Position numbers and translations under genes: made by a program. A DNA stretch of 63,735 nucleotides, counting the filler, from Licmophora abbreviata (taxonomy: Eukaryota): NCBI GenBank assembly GCA_900291995.1. It is 13 parts of 13 records of this genome, joined end to end, with 100 filler letters (N's around TTAATTAATTAA, not from the genome) between each part and the next. Parts side by side here need not be neighbours in the genome. Positions count along the whole stretch, not along the records: positions 6,582 to 15,026 come from OLMU01002434.1; positions 15,127 to 18,314 come from OLMU01002437.1; positions 18,415 to 23,084 come from OLMU01002439.1; 10 more parts are not named here. One strand, 5' to 3'. This document shows, piece by piece, positions 11,084 through 23,084 of the stretch (positions are counted from its first letter, which is position 1; each line of letters begins with the position of its first letter). The notes beneath the pieces are model-generated. The model was not told the DNA's origin. It ran no database searches and saw only the letters and a list, made by a program, of their open reading frames with translations.

Positions 11084-12524
11084 ATGCCATTGAAGGCGCA
11101 CTCTACTCCTTGGACTCCTCTGCTTCTTCTCTTGTCTCTGCTGCTGTTTGTAGATCTACCAGCCGCCAGTTCTTTCTCACTTCTTAATTCTCTCAAACGC
11201 ACCATGGGAGGCACCATTTCGACCACGCAGTGGTTCATCTACGGAAAGAGGAACTTTACCAAGTAAGCTAGCAGTGTTAGTGTGCAGGTCTGATGGCGTC
11301 GATCGATTCAATCGCTGATCTTGTTCACTCTATTGTTCTTGCAGAACTGGATACCTCAAACATGTCAAAAAGTACCCCGAACCGTTCAGAATTCACCCTT
11401 GATTCGACCCGGACAAGAGGGGGAGGACGGTGTGAGTCTGGAAGGCAAGGTGATTGTAGTGACAGGGTGAGTTAACGCTCTCTTGGCCAGGATGATTGCT
11501 GCATAAACACACTGCAGTCGGACAGACACCGACCCGAACTATACTCTAATGGCACTCTCCTCTTGTTCCCTTCTCCCTGCGGACAGCGCCAACTCGGGTA
11601 TCGGCAAGGAGATCGCCACCTATGCCGCCGCCAAGGGTGCCAAGCTCTACATGCTGTGTCGATCCAAGGGTCGAGCTGAGGCTGCCCGCGATGAAATCGC
11701 AGAACAGACGGAAAACAAGAATATCAAAGTCTTGTTGGTAAGCTCACTTTTTGTATATTTTGCAGCTTCGTACTTCCGCGCCTTTCACTCAATTCATCCA
11801 TCGATCAAACGGAACTTACTCTCACACCCACACACAGGCTGATGTGTCCGAAATGTCCCAGATTCACACTGTCGCCAAAGAACTGCAGTCCCTGGAAACA
11901 AAAGTGGATTGTCTCGTATGCAACGCCGGCGTACTCTTGAACGATCGGAAGGAGTCCAGTGAAGGCAACGAAGTCACGTTTGCCTCTCATCTACTAGGCG
12001 GATCCTACCTACTTCCTCAACTCTTACTTCCCCAGCTCCAAGCCGCTGATGCCGGTCGTGTCGTCTTCGTGTCGTCCGGTGGGATGTTGACATCCAAGTT
12101 TCCCGATTGGGAGACGGTCACGAGTACGGGTGCGCACAAGGAAAAATACAACGGCGTGGATGCATACTCGTATGCCAAACGGGGACAAGTGTTGCTGGCA
12201 GACCGATGGAGTAAAGAGTTGCCTGGCGTGACCTGGGTCTCGTGTCATCCCGGATGGACGGCCACCGCTGCTGTCGAGGATGCTTTTGGTGATCAAGCCA
12301 AGTATTTGGAGCCCATGCGAGAGCCGTGGCAAGGTGCCGAAGGCATTTGCTGGTTAATGAGTGCCGAAAATTCAAAACTTTCAAATGGCGCATTCTATCT
12401 GGACCGCAAAGTGCAAAAACAACACATTTCGGGTCCCTTCATGTCGGAAGGCTCGTACACAAGAAACAGTCGGTCGGATGTGGACACCATGATGGAAAAC
12501 TTGAAGAAAGCAGCAGGATTGTAG
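11084..12524 (+). CDS. Short-chain dehydrogenase/reductase, DHRS12-like; 4 exons, 1-nt frameshift near 11382
   Basis: Spliced VIVVTG|ANSGIG, then LVCNAG, VSSGG, catalytic YSYAKR and HPGWTAT. Confidence 0.88.
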
Positions 12525-12738
12525 AATGAATGTTAGATTTAAGCTGTGTGCGCGTGGATTATCTATAAAGTGAAAGAAGAGCAGGGTAGGAGTTCATCGC
12601 TGTCTCGAGTATCATCACTGTAGAACTCGGAAGGATTCAAATGACATATGGTGCAAGTAGCAAGGTCGTGGATGGTGGGATTCGATTCTCGTAATCACCG
12701 CAATGGCACGACTCTAGAGCAAAGACACACTTCTTGTT

Positions 12739-13401
12739 TCAAAAACTCATTCGTCGAGCAATCTCCATGCCCCCATCGTTCTCATCGTCGTCATTGTCAT
12801 CGTCATGTATCATTGGCATGACCTTGTCATGCTCCCCCAAGAACTGGTCGAGCTGACTCCCCGAGAGCTGTCGCCGCATCCCGACCGATGTGGTCGATGG
12901 TCCGCCACTACTCCCCCCGACCAGACTTCCCATGACACTTACTACGGATCGAGGAACCGTCCGAGGCGGCTGATAGTGCTGCGATCGCTGTTTCTTCGTT
13001 CCGCCTGCATCATGGGATAGATCTGAAGCTTCCTCCGTGGATGTTGGTGGTATCAGGGGTGATGATGGAGGGAGCGTATTGTTGACGTCGGGGTGGTACA
13101 ATGGTAGTGATGAGGCTCCTACTAGAGCACCCCCTTCTATTGGTTGTTGATATTCGCATGGTCCATCGCGATTTCGTTTCGAATGTGTCGATGGAGAATC
13201 GTAGGAGGACGAGGCAGTACACTGTGGGACAACCGGGATGGGTGGATACAGCGCCGTTGAGACTGCACTCAGATTCATATCGTCTGGTATGGATCGACTG
13301 CGATGATGAGGCGGTGGTATCTGTGGTGTGGCCGTCGATGAAGCTACGACTGCAAAGGACGCCGGAGTGGAAATCTGCGAATTCATGGCCATTCTCTTCA
13401 T
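12739..13401 (-). CDS. Hypothetical disordered protein ending in RRMSF
   Basis: 220-aa ATG-started ORF with short conserved-looking motifs MRRQLSGSQLDQFLG and C-terminal RRMSF. Confidence 0.6.
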   Translation of the reverse strand: MKRMAMNSQISTPASFAVVASSTATPQIPPPHHRSRSIPDDMNLSAVSTALYPPIPVVPQCTASSSYDSPSTHSKRNRDGPCEYQQPIEGGALVGASSLPLYHPDVNNTLPPSSPLIPPTSTEEASDLSHDAGGTKKQRSQHYQPPRTVPRSVVSVMGSLVGGSSGGPSTTSVGMRRQLSGSQLDQFLGEHDKVMPMIHDDDNDDDENDGGMEIARRMSF

Positions 13402-13994
13402 GAGGATTTCGTGAAACCAAACAGTGAAGCCTAGGTGTCACTGTTGAAAAAGTCAGTGACGAGTCGTGTCTTTCGCAGTCGCCGAATTCGTGTCGATTCC
13501 TTTCTCAGACTCGAATTCCACTTTCTCGTTCGACAGGAAGGTTTGTTTGACTTCTCTCTTGAGGAGTCTGATCTGTCAATCCTGACAAGAAGAGTCTCAA
13601 ACTGCTGAAATAGACCTACGCGTACTGCTGGTATGGTATGATATTCGTACCAGGAACACTAACGGCGCCGTGAGTTGAGTGACGAGAACTCGGTGACGCG
13701 GTGAAGCGGGTTGCTGGCGTGAGACGTGTCTTTCGCAAGCGTTGAAATTTAGAACATCCGGATCTGAAGATAAAAGATAATTTGGAATGTGAATATCATA
13801 CGCTCTTCTGATTGCAAAAAGCATCGCCGAGCTCGCACATTGGTGACTAGACGCAACACACTTTTTCATCAAAACTTCCTTCCCGTCGTCGGAAGTGATG
13901 GTAATTACCCCATCCTTGACAATGGCGGTGTAAGGGAGGACTGCTGTACGAATACTGGTAATCTAGACTAGCGGAGGATCTATGCCACACGACG

Positions 13995-15026
13995 ATGCAA
14001 CGCCTTTCCTCATCGCGGATACGTCACTCTGGCTTGTCTCGGAGATGGACCGTTGCCACGTCTAGACCGAATCGACGACGCCTCTCCTCTCTTTCCGAAA
14101 ATGGTAGTCACCCGCAAGAAGGCCTGGCCTGCGATCCACCCACACGCCAGCAGCTCAAGAATCTATTCGTGTCTAGTGCCATCCCTATGGTAGGCTTTGG
14201 CATGATGGATCAGACGGTCATGCTGCAAGCTGGGAACGCCATTGACTTGACGATCGGCGTCACATTCGGATTGAGTACTCTCACGGCGGCAGCCTTTGGA
14301 CAAATTTGTTCCGATGCTGCGGGGGTCTTGTTTGGGGGCTCGCTCGAGAATCTAGCCAAGAGCATGGGTCTACCACGGTCGGGACTCACTTCCGCACAGC
14401 GTGCTTTGCCCATTGTGAAACGCACCAAGCTCTTGGGAGGTCTGGTCGGTGTCTTTTGTGGCTGCTGTCTGGGACTCTTCAATCTCTTTTTGATAGATAC
14501 GGAACGACCCTCCACTCTCAAACTCAAAGCGATGAGCGAAGAGCAGGAGTTTTCCTTTGAGGTAGAGGCCAGTAATGTCACACGAGACGATGCGACTGTC
14601 TTGACGGTGCGAGGACCGGATGTGGATGGAGTACTCGCCAGCATGACGAGTGCGTTGGCTGGCTTGAATCTGTCCTTGGTGGAGCTGAATGCGCATCGAG
14701 GAGCGGACAAGACTTCGCAAGGACACGATATTGAAGACATCTTTGTCGTGACAAAGCACGGCACGGCGGAAAAGATTCCAGACGATGAACTGGACGATCT
14801 AGCATTGACACTATTGGAAGGTACGACACATGCACACATACCCTCGTCGATCCGTCTGCTCCTGGACGACCCTGCGTGTTTCCTATGGAAGCTCATTCTG
14901 TCCTTTTACTCTTGTCTTGCACAGCCACCAACGCTCCTGTGAATACAGCCACGTTCAAAGTCCAACTAAAAGAACTCCAAGATAAGAATATGGCGTTGCA
15001 CGGGCGGGTCCAGAAACTCGAGAAGC
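13995..15026 (+). CDS. TMEM65-family membrane protein fused to an ACT-like domain and coiled coil (copy 1; 3' end runs into gap; intron ~14821-14923)
   Basis: TMEM65 signature AIPMVGFGMMDQTVMLQAGNAIDLTIG...STLTAAAFGQICSD. ACT-like TVLTVRGPDVDGVLASMTSAL. Arg/Ser-rich mitochondrial-type N-terminus. Confidence 0.85.
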
Positions 15027-15126
15027 NNNNNNNNNNNNNNNNNNNNNNNNNNNNNNNNNNNNNNNNNNNNTTAATTAATTAANNNNNNNNNNNNNNNNNN
15101 NNNNNNNNNNNNNNNNNNNNNNNNNN

Positions 15127-16622
15127 ATCTTCCATCTTGCCCTTGACACCAGCATAGAAGCGGAAAGGCACGATGTTCTCAGTCCAGACCCACTCGGATC
15201 CGTCGGGGCGGGGGCCCATGGCATTCTTGGCATCAAGTACAGCGCTCACACCGGAGAAGTCGCCGTTGTACCCAGCAATGGCAATGAAGACATAGTCTTT
15301 ATGCATTGAGTCGAACTCGGCGAACTTCTCGAATCCTCCGAGCGAGAAAGCGCCGACTGCATACGCAGTTGAAGTTTCGAGATCGATGACATGAGCCTGG
15401 GAACCGAAACAGGAAAAGGGCACTGGTGGTGAGTTTTCGAAGTAGTCCTTCATTGATACTGCGATGAGCGAACAAGAAGGGAAACTTACTCCGATTCCAG
15501 TGAAGAATTCACCGTCGACGTATCGATTCCATTCTTCATTGGTGATGTAAATGTCATCTTCGAATCCGATGCCATGCTCCCACTGCCACTTCTCCTCCAA
15601 GTGAGCGGAACAAAAGGACTGGTAGAACCAGTCAGCTTCGTTTTCCTTGGGATCAATGCCTTCCTCGACAGTGTACTTGCCGTCGGCATCGCAATTTCCG
15701 TAGTGGGCGCCAACTGATGTTAGGCCGGTACGGTTGCGTGGCCCAATGAGCTCGCCCTTGAGATTGTAGGCGTACTTGATGACCTCTCCACTTCCAACGA
15801 CGAAATCGCTGGCACGGTAGTTCGAATCCATATAATTCGACAAAGCCAAGCGGTCGTAGTCGACGTATTGAACGTGAGATCCTGTGAAAGAAGCTGCTCC
15901 GTCGTTGACCGGGAATGGGAACCTGAGCAGGTTTCAACGGGAAAGGTAAGAAGCACAAGAATCTCTCGAGCGACTCCAATCTCAACTTATTGATTGACTT
16001 ACGTGTAGTAGCGAAGGGGGCCATAAGATTCGGACTGAACAATGATCCGCACAGTCTCGTCATCGATCAAGTAGGCACCATTTCCATCAGGCACACCGGT
16101 GATCATCTTTCCTTCGTCACCCTCGCAGATGGACTTCTCGCCAACTGTTGCGAGGGTCTTGAAGTTTCCATGAGGGAAATCTATATCCCCTGACTTCCCG
16201 TCCTCAACGCGGGCGTTGGAACGGGAGGCATCCGAAGCTTCTATGATCAAGGCGGTCTGCCCACCAATCATAAGATCTTCTTCAAGATACTGGTTCATAC
16301 CAGCAATGAGCTTGTCACCCTCGAAGACGGTGCACAAAAGATCCACAGCATCGTCGTTCGCCTTGGCGTTGCCGTCGCAAACAGGGCGACCCTCGTACTT
16401 CGTCTGTTCAGATTTAAGCGAAGAAATGGAATGTGATGAAACATCTTGAAATGGAGCAATCTCAACGTAAAGGAACTAAAGGATACTTACTGGTGGATTC
16501 GTGGGCTTTCTGGTCGGCTTTGGCGCGGGGTTGTTCTTTGTCAACAGACGCGCTTCGGGTTCAGCTCCGGCGAGAGCTGCGAGAGCAAGGAGGGATGCGG
16601 GGGTGATGAACTTCATCTTCAT
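15127..16622 (-). CDS. Secreted atypical alkaline phosphatase (PhoAaty-like), 3' partial; exons 16622-16491, 16403-16003, 15922-15489 and ~15396 to gap
   Basis: Signal peptide MKMKFITPASLLALAALAGA. Motifs ITGVPDGNGAYLIDDETVRIIVQSESYG, FTGSHVQYVDYDR, QSFCSAHL and GFEDDIYITNEEW. All splice joins keep frame. Confidence 0.72.
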
Positions 16623-16708
16623 TTGCGAAAGATCCTAGATTCTGCACTTCCCGCCAAACTTGTGAGAGGATTTCGCGCAAACTTGCTGAGAAGTTGGACG
16701 TTGCAACC

Positions 16709-16761
16709 CATGGAAAGAAGATACCGAAGATTCGATTCATGGAAAGAAGATACCGAAGATT
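16709..16761. repeat. Direct repeat CATGGAAAGAAGATACCGAAGATT x2 (period 29)
   Basis: Identical 24-mers at 16709-16732 and 16738-16761. Confidence 0.95.
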
Positions 16762-16951
16762 ACTTTTCCTCAGGGGTGTGGACATGGATTTGTCGGGTTC
16801 ACGCCAAATTACTCACCGAGATTCATCTCGTTCCAGAGAAATGAACCCAACAGTGAAGCTTTGAATCTCTCAATGGCCTGGCCACCGAAAATCGAATCTT
16901 TCTCTCTGTTTAATGAGTTTGCTGAGTTGCTGAGTGAGTTAGGGAGATTCG
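16727..16951. promoter_or_regulatory. Cluster of five YGAATCTH boxes (PSR/PHR-type Myb sites) upstream of the alkaline phosphatase
   Basis: Exact matches at 16727-16734(-), 16818-16825(-), 16862-16869(+), 16893-16900(+) and 16944-16951(-). Confidence 0.75.
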
Positions 16952-17179
16952 GTCCGTTTCTGATTTTGTCCGCGTCCGCGCCTGCACATCCGACTTTCCG
17001 CATCACTTAAAGTCGGCCCCAGGCTGCTTCCACGATCAGGTTTTGGTGACCATAAGTAAATCCCACATTTACACATTTAGACATTGGTGCGACATTTGGT
17101 GTTCGGTATTTCGAGCCCTACGGGGTCTTTGGTCCGCGTTGGCAGTTAGCACGCGCGGTGCTACCGCGGACCAAAGTTT

Positions 17180-18314
17180 TTGGGTCGCCGATGTGTTGCG
17201 TGCGCCGTTACGAAACTCAAAACGGCGGTGTTGGGTCTCTCGAGCAAGGGCAACTTCCATGTCGAAGAACACATGTCGGATACGGTCCAGCGCTTGTTTT
17301 ACGGTGGATTCACGCAGCCATTCCAGTGTGGTACCCATTTCTGTGGCATGACTTACGATGCCACTCATCGGTACCAGCCAACGTCCTACTTCCAGAAGCT
17401 AGTTCTGGATGAGGCAATGGCAGTCATCATTCACAACTGGCTTGCATCCATTGAGCCAGAGGAGGAGGTTGGTCAGGACGTTCTACCCATTCAATGATCC
17501 TTGCAGGCCTACATGGACAAGCTACGAAACGGAGACAAGTGGAACAAGTATGGCATGGGCTTCATTGACGTTACACGAGCGCACTCTTTGGATTTGTACG
17601 TTCAGTTCAGGAAGGTGATTTTGTTGGTGTGCAAGTCGGAAACTACGAGTTTCTTCCATTCTATCGTGTCGCTGGCAAGACGAACAATGTGGAAGCCACC
17701 TTGCGCGAGCTGGAGAATCTGTGTAATCCAGACCTGCCCACTGAAGTGCTCGACACCAGTCACACAAATTGATTCGTTCATCACAATGAGGAGAAGCACT
17801 GTCAGGCAATCAACAAGGAAGTCAAGAATTACAACAAGATAATCAACAAGTTCGGTGCCAAGAGCATGGATTCGCTCGTGGACCAGACAAGTTGTGTGCG
17901 TGAGGTTGTCCGCGCAACAAATTTCACCACTGAGAACTACACATGGACTGGCAAGAAGCCAGTATTAAAGTCATTGACGGCTGGCAAGAAGAGTCTTATA
18001 CAGAAGCACATTTACGAGGCTCTTGAGAAGTCGAAGCTCTTTGAGCTGCCGACACTGGGAAATGAGCGGAAAACTGAAACCTGCAACTTATGGTCGGTTG
18101 TCACTACACTGGAGTCGCCTCTTGCCGAGGAGACTGACTCTGCAAGAGATTGATCCAAACAGCATGGAAGGAGCACTCCGTATATGACTCTGCGTGGCGA
18201 TGCTAATGGACAGGATAATGCTGAGGAGCAGCAGGTTGAGGTGGGAGCTTCTGGTACATCTGGAGCGGACAATCCAGGCGATGCTTCTACTGAATTTGTA
18301 CGCATGACTCCGAC
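17180..18314 (+). pseudogene. Decayed DUF6589-like (transposon-associated) ORF
   Basis: In-frame TGA at 17495, 17770 and 18151 and a frameshift near 17610. The reconstructed protein reads EGDFVGVQVGNYEFLPFYRVAGKTNNVEATLRELENL...QAINKEVKNYNKII. Confidence 0.55.
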
Positions 18315-18667
18315 NNNNNNNNNNNNNNNNNNNNNNNNNNNNNNNNNNNNNNNNNNNNTTAATTAATTAANNNNNNNNNNNNNNNNNNNNNNNNNNNNNN
18401 NNNNNNNNNNNNNNGTTAACATACATTCCATAGCATCGGCGGCGCTGAATAGATCTCGTGTATTTCACCGTCTGTCGTGGCACCCACTGCTTTGAAATGT
18501 TTGCTTCCGAAGATTCCGTCGAATTTTCGGCGGCGACGCACAGCAACACACACACATCACACCAACAATCATTGCAATCATCGCCGAACCCTGCGACCAT
18601 AGCATATCACAAAGCCGACGAAAATCCGTGTTTCGTCACCCTTCTTCCTCTTTCACACCAGCTCAGC

Positions 18668-19966
18668 ATGCTTCGAAGGACTCTAGGCATACCTCTGCGG
18701 CAAGGAATGTGTCGAAGCATAGCAAAGACAGCGACAAGACGACGCGAGAGACCTGACTGTACTTGGTGTTCCTCCTCTCGCCGCCGCTCTCGCTTCTTCT
18801 CTTCGCTGGATGAATCCGACGCTCTGCATCGTGCTGGTTCTCTCACGACGAATCCTCCCACGAAAGAGCAGCTCCGAGCCTTCTTTGTGTCGCAAGCAGT
18901 CCCCTTTGTTGGCTTTGGATTGATGGATCAGACCGTCATGCTGCAAGCGGGGCATGCGATTGACATGAGCATCGGAGTGACTTTCGGACTCAGTACTCTC
19001 ACAGCAGCAGCCTTGGGTCAAGTGTGCAGCGATGCGGCTGGTGTACTTTTTGGAGGGACAATGGAGGCCATGGCCAAAGCAGCAGGATTGCCACGGTCCG
19101 GCATGACGGCTGCACAGCGCGCCTTGCCGCACGTGCGTCGCGTCAAGGTCGCGGGGAATCTGGTCGGTGTCGTGACGGGGTGCGTGCTGGGACTACTGAA
19201 TTTCCTTGTCATTGATACGGAGCGGCCTTCCTCCTTGAAACTGAAAGCCATGAGTGAGGAACAGGAGTTTGCGTTCGAGGTGGAGGCCAGTAACGCTCAG
19301 AGGGACGATGCGACGGTCTTCACTGTGAGAGGACCCGACATTGATGGCGTGTTGGCCAGCATGACGAGTGCTTTGACAGCGACCAACTGTAGCTTAATCG
19401 AGCTGAATGCGCATCGTGCGAAGGATGACAGTGGGTCCAATCGCATGAGTGCCAGTCGAATATCCAGTCATTCACATCATCGTCAGCATCCACATACCAT
19501 TGAAGATGTCTTTGCGGTAGTGCAGAGCGGAACAAACGAAAAGATTCCGGACGACGAACTCGATGATGTCGCCACGATCATTTTAGAAGGTGCGTATGTG
19601 CAATACATTGATATCTGCAGCTATTGAATGTTCTCTGATTGAAGACGGTCGATCACTCTGTGCTTTATTTGGCCCGCCAACCCACTTCTTGCATTGTCTA
19701 TTACAGCCACCAACGCTCCGGTGAATATGCATACCTTCAAGGCGCAAGTCAAGGAGCTAGAAGATCACAATGCAACCTTGCGAGCGCGAATGCAAAAACT
19801 AGAGAAGCAGATTTACGAACGACAGATCAAAGTGAGAAAGACGACCAAAGAGGAGATTGAGTCGGATGTTGGCACAGGGTTATCCTCAAATACTACCCGT
19901 AGAGACAGTCCTCGGTGGGTCGATAGTTCCTCTAGACTACTCATAGTACCGTTACCCCTTCACTAG
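18668..19966 (+). CDS. TMEM65-ACT-coiled-coil protein (copy 2; intron ~19590-19706)
   Basis: Clear paralogue of the 13995 gene with the same intron position (LEG|...ATNAPVN) and the shared block LKLKAMSEEQEFxFEVEASN. Confidence 0.87.
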
Positions 19967-20136
19967 CATAGCGAAGCACAAAGATTGTCGACGGAATGCA
20001 AATTTAGAATAGTATCGTTAGAAGATAGTGGGTCGGTCAAAGGCACCGAGGAGCCGAGCGTGTCTTGTGAGGTCGCTTGTTAGGCGGATTACGGGTTGTG
20101 AGCGATTCCCGTTTCGACTAGCGGTCAAAATGGCGA

Positions 20137-23084
20137 TCATACTTCCTGTCGTCTTGGGCTGCCCACGCTGTTGTGATTGGAACCTTGTTTTCCGAACCAG
20201 TCGCTTATGGCAATGGTCAGTCTAGCATTTCGTTCGTTCTCCTCCTTGCCGATGCCTGTGTAGCCCTCCACAAAGCGAGAAAAGAAGCTCTTGCTTCCAT
20301 TCGAGGAAGGCACCGCGACAACCTTGAATTGCGACTGGTCTTTCGCCTCTTCTTTTTGGTAAACTTGAGTAGGTCTTGTTTGGGCACGAGCTCTTGCTCC
20401 GACGGTGATTGCCTGCCGGCAGCTCGGTGCGCTGTGCCCATATTCTTTCGTGCTGAAACGAAGGCCGCCTGGGCAGCCGCGACGGCGGCTCGTTTGTTGC
20501 GTCGTGCTGTACGAATGCCCTCTCTTACCTTGTCCATAGTGATGATGAAGGTGCGCTGTGGAATGGTAAATGCCAAGTAGTGACTGCCCAAGAAACGACC
20601 TGGACGCAACACCGCACTCATCTGGGACACGGAGAGAAACACAGGGAATGGGTAAATGTCAGCGAAGTGTCTCTTCTGCCGTGCAAGATTTTGGTGGCGT
20701 CCAACTCACCTCGAATCGCAGTGCGTTGTCCTCAATGTAGATTGATTTGATACGATTGTCAGGACCCAAGTCGAATCCATCATTGTCGTCAACTTTGAAC
20801 GGGGAGTAAATAGGGAAGAAGGAATAAAGTGGCTCTGGTCTCGTTGGAATCTCAATGTTGAACTGATTGCAGGTTGCAACGATACTGGAAGCGCAGCATG
20901 GATAGCAAAGGAAGGATTAGTACAAGAACACGGAGACAAAGTACAACACTGGACCGAGGATACAGCAGCAGAACTTACTTTTGTTCCCATGCTTCTGGAC
21001 ATTCCAGAACAAATGCCAGTTCTGGATTTACCAGACGAATCGACTGCCCGTTCTTGCGAGTTCCAATCTTCGTTCGAACTTTGAACTTATTCTCGACTAC
21101 CGGCGTCTCGGGGCTATACCGAACCTGGGCGACACCCGTCATGATGAGGCGGTCCTGTTTATCAAACTCAACACTGGTCAACCGAGGAATTTCGACCTTA
21201 GGAGCATGCGTACTAGCCATGTTCCAGTTACGACCAAAGAACATAGCTCCATCCGTTAGGTCGCGAAAACTGCGAACTCGACGTCGCAATGCTCGGGCCG
21301 TTAGGCGCCGCAAGCCAGCATCCAAGAGAAACGATTCCTGAATATCTTTGCTGTTGAATGATCCAGTAATGGTCGCCTTAAATGGTTCTAGAATCAAAGG
21401 GCCGCCTGGTGTTATCTTTGAATGCAAGGATAGATGTCACAGCAAAGAGAAATCAGTGAGTGATGGGAGCACTTTTCCGATTGGGTTCAGGATGGCATGA
21501 TGAAAACACTTACCCGCTTAATGAACGGCAGGATTCCAAACACGAGTTGTCTTAAATCAAGTCGCACGTCCGACAACAGAATCGATCCGGCGCCCCTGGC
21601 GATAGATTGCACTAAAGAATCAGATGAAATTTCGCCACTGGCCGCTCCAGACGTGGTCTCCTCGCTGACGATATCCGTCGAATTCTGTGGTTGCGAGGTA
21701 TCACTCTTTTCCGTCAAGGCGTCCGTCACGTCGCTGGTGCGACGCATTACTGTTCGAACGGCCCTTCCAAATAAACTGCGCGGCCCCCCGTTGGAATCGT
21801 TTTGTTGCCGCTCTTCAACCTCGTCTTGCTTTCTTTGCTGTTCCTGTCGCAACGACGCCATATCGGCGACCAACCGCTGGTACTCCTCTCGATCGACAAC
21901 TCCGTCGCCATTAGCATCATACAGGTCAACCAATTCGGACGCCAGTCCCTCCAGCAACTGCGCGTCTGACATGTCATACGCAGCTAGATTTAACGCGCTG
22001 GCAATTTCCTCTTGATCCAATGCGCCGCTCTTGTCAACGTCAATACGATCGAATGCTTCGTCTGCCGACGAAACACCTGATAGCTCCTCTAAATTGTCGG
22101 CGACGAAATCCTTGTGCGAGTCTGGCATACTACTTTCCAAATCCTTTATGGCCTCATCCAGTCCGCCCATGCGCAATGGCTTGAAGCCTAGTCTTGAAAA
22201 GTTAATGCGAATGCTGTCGACGTGTTTGGACCACAACGGCGTGTCGGATCGTGCGTCGACTTCCACCTTGACGTCATCCGCCTCTTCCGCCAGTGCATTG
22301 ATCAAACCATGAATGGTCCGTGCCGCATAGTGTCTACCTGACTGCGTGGGTGCGATTCTGGTGGTCTTGCTGAGTAGGGAAGACAGCTGAAGCTGCGTGC
22401 GCGTATTTTCGCGACGAATGCCTTCCTGAATGCTGCGGGCATGCCGTCTCTTCCACAACTTCCGCACAGTTGGCAATGACGCAGACGAGTCGTCTTGGTC
22501 TAATTGAATCGACTCTGACATTTCTTCTGGTATGACCCATCTGGCAAAGAACAATTCTTCTTCGCCTGTGTCGTCGCCGGCCGTATCCTCGTCTGTCCGA
22601 TTAGCCACCAATGGAACGGTCTCCGTTGTTGCGATGAGAGACTGATCAAAGCCATTGTTTCTCCTCATGGCGTTGCCATTGCGTGTCACCCCGTTCATTG
22701 GTTCCGATGCATAGCTGCTTCCTCGACCCAAGAGATGTTCAAAGACGTCGTCGATCCCCACTACGTTGATGGGAGCGTTGGGGTCCGCCCTCGTGTACGC
22801 CTGCCAGTGCGAATGTGAAACAGGGGGAAGAACGTCCGCAGCACTACTGGTCGTAGTGTCCGAGTCTGTCAGATTGGAAAGTGTGTGTCGTAGGCGGGAT
22901 CTATGGCGGCGTCGAGAAGAAGGAGTCGTAGGAGCTGGCGTGTCGGTGATACGAGGCACGTCAGAGAGCGGGGGAGGTATCGATTCAGACGTTCTGGCTC
23001 GACCGCGGCGAAAGAAGGAGGGCGCCTGGAAAGCGGTAGAGGGCGAGAAGAGTGATAACACACCAGCGATGTAGCCATTCGTCT
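20137..23084 (-). CDS. Plastid-type protein with paired EF-hands inside a DUF2993/LmeA-like region; exons gap-21514, 21415-20979, 20884-20710 and ~20621-20137 (1-nt indel near 20355)
   Basis: STAFQAP cleavage-like motif. EF-hands DVDKSGALDQEE and DANGDGVVDREE. Restoring one A gives the C-terminus KSFFSRFVEGY...RLTIAISDWFGKQG. Confidence 0.7.

Noticed and set aside
17495..18153. In-frame TGA codons as selenocysteine or an alternative genetic code
   Set aside because: They come with a frameshift and have no redox-motif context, and TGA is a normal stop in neighbouring genes.
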